Shown here: positions 59,895 to 64,000 of the stretch, piece after piece
Layout: every line of letters begins with the position of its first letter
Numbering within the stretch: the first letter of the stretch is position 1
Assembly: GCA_964036045.1 (NCBI GenBank)
Contig: OZ038379.1
Location: 10,664,001-10,728,000, forward strand
Direction: 5' to 3'
DNA from: Eutreptiella sp. 'Long Island Sound 2002'
Taxonomy: Eukaryota > Protista > Euglenida
DNA length: 64,000 nucleotides
Notes under the pieces: model-generated
Seen by the model: only the letters and a program-made list of their open reading frames with translations
Told to the model about the DNA's origin: nothing
The model's database searches: none
Made by a program: the position numbers and the translations under genes

Positions 59895-60323
59895 ATGGCA
59901 AGCAGTAGCGAACTCTTGGACATTGGCGCATTGCAGCAGCCTTACCTACTGAAGCATGAATACATCGTTAACAAGGTCAACCAAAACACGTTTGGCGGGT
60001 TGTTCAAGTCCAAGAAGACGAAGTGGATCGTCGACCTGTACAACAGGACCATCGTGTACCTTTCCACTGCAGGCAGCCTGAGACATGAGTTCCAGGGGAG
60101 CCTTGTCACTTCAGTGGAACCAGATTTCACCAACCAGTTACAGCTTACCATCGGCTTCAAGGACCTGAGCCATGGTAGTAAAGAGCAACTGTACGTGCTG
60201 CAGTTTGAGTCGCCGCAGCACCGAGAGGCGTTTCATGAATCCATCCGCGCCATGCAGGACATCCCTTTGTGGTGCCCCCCTTTGTGCAAGGCAGGGCAGC
60301 CTCAGAGTACTATCACCCTTCAG
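59895..60323 (+). CDS. Host gene exon 1: N-terminal beta-rich (PH-like?) domain of an inositol polyphosphate 5-phosphatase-fold protein
   Basis: Open frame MASSSELLD...STITLQ with coding-like codon use; ends at CAG|GTGTGC donor (60324, phase 0). In-frame TGA shortly upstream favours ATG 59895 as the start. PH-like label is an impression only. Confidence 0.75.
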
Positions 60324-60829
60324 GTGTGCTGTGGTACGGTTATGTCATCCCTCGGAGACCCATGAGAGGGGCCTTAGACGGTGTATTTCAGCTGGTTGAG
60401 TGGGTGGTTGGTGGTGCCGGCGCCTTGGTAGAGTGGCTTGTCCATGTGTTGCGGCGTGGTAGACAGTCCCTGCACCACACGGCTCTGGCTTTTTGCAACG
60501 GGCCGAACGATCACCCTCCCTGCCACCGGCAGACCACGCAATGCAGAACAAACGCAGGCGGCAATCAGTCCCTGAGAGCCTGAGTGACAGCTCTGATTGT
60601 ACACACATGAACAAATAACGTCTCCTGAGAGACCCTCGGGGCACATTACTATTGGCCCTTGCCCCAGGTGCAGCTAGTGTCTGGACCGTATTCCCTTAGA
60701 ACCGAATGTTGTCGGTACCAAGTGTTTTGCAGCGCTTGTGCCAAGGTCGGTGTGCGGTGGGGTCGTGTTGCGCTGTGGTTGCCCCTCGGGCTGTGTCGGG
60801 GCCCTGCGCCCAACCCCATCCCCTTCCAG

Positions 60830-61525
60830 GGCTCCGCCGCGACCAACTGCGGTGAGGCCGGCGGCAGCATTCGGCTGCACTGTGTCCGTTACCCCCACGT
60901 CCCCACGGGGGTTTGGTGCGGCACCTACGACACCGCCGGCCGATCGGAGCTCCCCGGCATCGACACCCTCCAGCGGTGGCTGGCCAGCGACACGGCCCCG
61001 CAGCCCGCGCTCTACGTCGTGTGCCTGCAAAACTGTCGCCCGGGGGGCGCCAAGTTGTGGGGCCTGCAGCTGCTCAGTTCCCTCAACTCCCGATCCTTCC
61101 GGCTGCTGTCGTCCACGGTCTCGGGGACTCTCGCGCTCCTCATCTTCATAGCCCAGAGCTGCGACGTCCACTGCTCCCAAGTCCAGGCCTTCCCCGCACA
61201 AGCGAAGGCTCAGACCTCCATCTTCGTGGGCCTGAAGCTGCACGACACGTACATCGGGTTTCTGGGGTCTAACGTCCAACAGACCGCCGCAGACACGCCG
61301 GACCAGCTGGCGGGGCTGCTGGAGGTCGTTCTGCAGGCGCCGCGCTACGGGTCCCATCGCCTGCCCATCATCCACCAGGTCGACTTCCTGTTCTGGCTCG
61401 GCAGCTTCGCGTCGCGCATCCCTGCGAGTGGCACCGAGGCCGCCCATGCGCTGCTGCAGAGGGGCGACTACGAGAGACTGGTGACGCTGTTGGATCCGCT
61501 GCGAAATCTGAAAACCCAGAAGCGG
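60830..61525 (+). CDS. Host gene exon 2: 5-phosphatase (IPPc/EEP-fold) domain, N-terminal part
   Basis: Acceptor CCCCATCCCCTTCCAG| (phase 0), donor CGG|GTATGA. Peptides VWCGTYD, LYVVCLQN, LALLIFI, VGLKLHDTYIGFLGSNV, DFLFWLGSFASRI follow the IPPc motif order; strong GC3 bias. Confidence 0.85.
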
Positions 61526-61611
61526 GTATGAGGCTTGGCAAGAGTTTGATGGAGAGCGTGGCGTGTTGATGTGGGATGTAGAGGATTGGCGAAGGATGTC
61601 ACGGGCTCATA

Positions 61612-61975
61612 GAGAGTACGTTAGCGCGCTGGGCACGCGCCGGGCAAGTTTTCCCACGCTTTGGTGTGGCCCCTCAAGTTGGGGTTAAGGACTCCCACTC
61701 TTCGGTGTGGCCACTTGAGTGGTCCGGCACGCACAAGAGGGGGATGCTTTGAGTTTGAGGTGGCTTGGCCATGATCGGGCCTACAAGGGTAGGGTGCATA
61801 TGATCGTCCCTTTTGTTGGGCGAAACAATGGGAGTTTAATTGATCGCCAACAGTCATACAATGTGCTTGTGCTTAGGGTTCCTGGGCTAGAGGAGGGAGG
61901 GATGTTTGTGGGGAAAGCATTGTGATAGATGGCCGGAACATTCATTTGGATGCCGGGCGCGCCGGGCAAACGTAC
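61612..61975 (+). mobile_element. Intronic PIF/Harbinger-like derivative
   Basis: Flanks ATA/ATA; GAGAGTACGTT left, AACGTAC right (4 nt short); transposase remnant DRAYKGRVHMIVPFVGRNN. Confidence 0.75.
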
Positions 61976-63346
61976 ATAGAGGTTGTCAAGGGGTGATTGC
62001 AGGTGTAGAGCCGTTCTCAATGTTGCGTTGTTGTGTGCGTGTGCAGACATTCCATTCCTCTTGCACTTTGGGGATGTCTCCTTAGGAATGGTCGCCAGGC
62101 CCTGCAGTGGCCACACTTTTGCTCGTGTAAAGGACAGGGAGGGGCCAGAATTCAGAGCAGCAACAATTCATTTGGAAAGAACTCGAAGTTCCCTGTTGTT
62201 TCAAACGCCTCCGCCAATTGAAGGGATTTCGGTTCGATGTTCTCAGTCGACTGCTGTTGAGGGGCTGGGGGCTCAATGAGTCAGTCTTGAAGACATCTGT
62301 ACCGTCAACCATTTGGTTTCCCTTGGGGACAGATTTTTTTGGCATTGACTGTTTTAGCATGTCTTGTGTGTTGTTCATCTGCGATGGATCGGATGAGGAT
62401 GGGAACAGTCATTGGCTTCTGTGCAGTGGTGAGCACGAATGACAGAGGCAAGCAATTTTGAGATATGTTTGACATTTTTCCTTTGCTTTTCGGCCGAGAA
62501 TGTTGGAATGCCCTCCCAAAAGGACATCCGTGCAGTTTGGCCTCCTTCTGTAGATTGATTGAGCCCCCGTATCCGCCGAAAGGACGGAAGAACTCAACTT
62601 GTGTTGCCACCTTCGCAAGCCCCTCATTCACGGGTATGGCCACTTCCTGGAAGCGAGTGCGCAAGGTGCCCACGTTTCTGTGTTGCAAAGTGTAGGTGCA
62701 GTCGTGGACAAGATCCATATGCCTGTCATTCACGTCGTCATACAGGCAGCACGCAGTGGGGCCAGCCCCCTGTCCAAAGCATTCCGCCGGCGTAGTGGTG
62801 TGATCTGTCACAAATACAAACAAACGAGGGTGCCTGACGGCGGCTTCTACACGATGCGGTTCATCTGATGCAAAATGGGCTTTGCGCCGCGTTCAATTCC
62901 TCCCAGTGCGCCACCGCCCCACCACACCAAGTTCACTTCCAGTGATGCCATGGGGGATGCCTTTGCACGCAGCAGAAAGTTTTTGCACTGCTGGAAATAC
63001 CGGGCTTTCCGACCCCAAACCGTGTCGCTTCAACGGTCACGTGCAGCCAAACCGCCTGACCGTCATCAGACCCCAGTTAGCGACAGCAACGCTACGTATA
63101 CACCAGACGATGGGTGTGTGGATTGAGGTTGGGAGAGGCATTGGGAGGGGGGGCTCACACTAAACCGTCTGCATTTGGTGCTCTCAGGAGTTCATAGTTT
63201 TTCTTTTTCTTTTTCATGGATACATGGTCTGGGCGCTCGCAACAAATGTACCTGCAGTGCGCACGGAATGCAAAGTCATTTCCACGAGCGGCACAATGAC
63301 AGCGGCCCAGAGTGCACCTGGCCACAATTTTCGTCCTACGTGTTTC

Positions 63347-63621
63347 CACGGGGGGGACGCCGGGACCGGACCCTTTGCGCCGACTCCCCCCCCCCCCCCC
63401 TCCCTGCCGGGTTTTGGCTGGAAAGTGCCGGACCATGGGCGCCGAAGGCGCCCTAAGGAAATTTTGGGGTCATTTTAAGCCAGATGTTGGGGTCCGGGTG
63501 TCCCCTTCAGCCGGCCCCAGACCCCCCCCAGACCCAGCCCCCCCCCCCCCCCCCCCGCCCTGAGATTGGCTGGAAAGTGGGAGGGAGTCGGCGTATGGCC
63601 CGTTGCTACGTCCCCCCCGTG
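63347..63621. mobile_element. Intronic 275-bp MITE with 8-bp TSD (hAT-like signature)
   Basis: TSD CGTGTTTC at 63339-63346 and 63622-63629; TIR CACGGGGGGGACG / CGTCCCCCCCGTG. Confidence 0.85.
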
Positions 63622-63731
63622 CGTGTTTCATCAGCTCATGGCTCAAATTCACTGGAGGTGTTGAGGACCATCTTAGCCCAGGGGCCGTTGCAATTCACAC
63701 GCATTTCACACACAACTCACATCAATTTCAG

Positions 63732-64000
63732 GCGCTGCAAGCGTTCGACGAGATGGTCGTCACTTTCCCACCCACAAACGCCGCGGCCGACGCCGCTCAG
63801 CCCGCCTCCTACACCGACCGCGTGTTCTACTGTGCGCATGCCCCTGAGCATTGCCTGCCCCTCGGCTACGGGGCCATCGCGCTGTCGCACAGCCCTGCCG
63901 TCACGCGCTCGGCAGTCTTCGCCCGCTTCCTCGTGGACGCGCGGCTGCCCCCGTTCATGCTTCTGGAGGACCCACTGCTGACCACCGCAGCCCCATGGCT
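63732..64000 (+). CDS. Host gene exon 3 (runs off window): 5-phosphatase domain C-terminal part
   Basis: Acceptor AATTTCAG| phase 0 matches exon 2; reads ALQAFDEMVVTFPPT...PASYTDRVFY..., equivalent to IPPc F.EGPITFPPTYK and P(S/A)W(C/T)DR(I/V)L. Not in the supplied ORF list because it has no ATG. Confidence 0.85.

Noticed and set aside
60324-60915. Non-canonical intron suggested by VCCGT (60324) mirroring VWCGT (60911)
   Set aside because: A canonical phase-0 GT-AG intron 60324-60829 with a good pyrimidine tract already gives a sensible protein.
500-63560. Numerous poly-G/poly-C runs as specific G-quadruplex signals
   Set aside because: They are pervasive across the window, mostly in MITE ends, and are error-prone in sequencing; no specific pattern could be supported.
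15-63981. Most 60-150-aa ORFs in the supplied track
   Set aside because: No motifs or codon bias; many arise from alternative starts within repeats or low-complexity sequence.

Overview
Eukaryotic, transposon-dense genomic DNA with GT-AG introns and many poly-G/poly-C runs; no prokaryotic operons, rRNA, CRISPR arrays or telomere arrays were seen. The gag-YR-RT/RH gene order of its retroelements suggests a euglenozoan, probably a euglenid (inference). The one clear host gene begins near 59.9 kb (three + strand exons) and encodes an inositol 5-phosphatase-fold protein whose catalytic motif 1 is degenerate; one further probable host exon lies at 32.0-32.5 kb. The rest is mostly mobile DNA: (i) three VIPER/TATE-like tyrosine-recombinase retroelements, one complete with split direct repeats (50337-55403), one with intact gag+YR but decayed RT, and one scrambled into alternating orientations; (ii) ten PIF/Harbinger-like (DDE_Tnp_4) non-autonomous elements with 3-bp TSDs, all in the same orientation, with directly oriented 9-11-mer subterminal arrays, swappable ends and different cargoes (transposase pieces, an NPPF adenine-methyltransferase fragment, a B-box-like finger, an unknown ORF); (iii) short poly(A) retroposons with 21-26-bp TSDs; (iv) Penelope-like RT remnants lying behind a repeated zinc-finger/coiled-coil ORF; (v) TA- and 8-bp-TSD MITEs, one carrying a small beta-barrel-like ORF. 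All protein assignments come from motif recognition by eye, not database searches.
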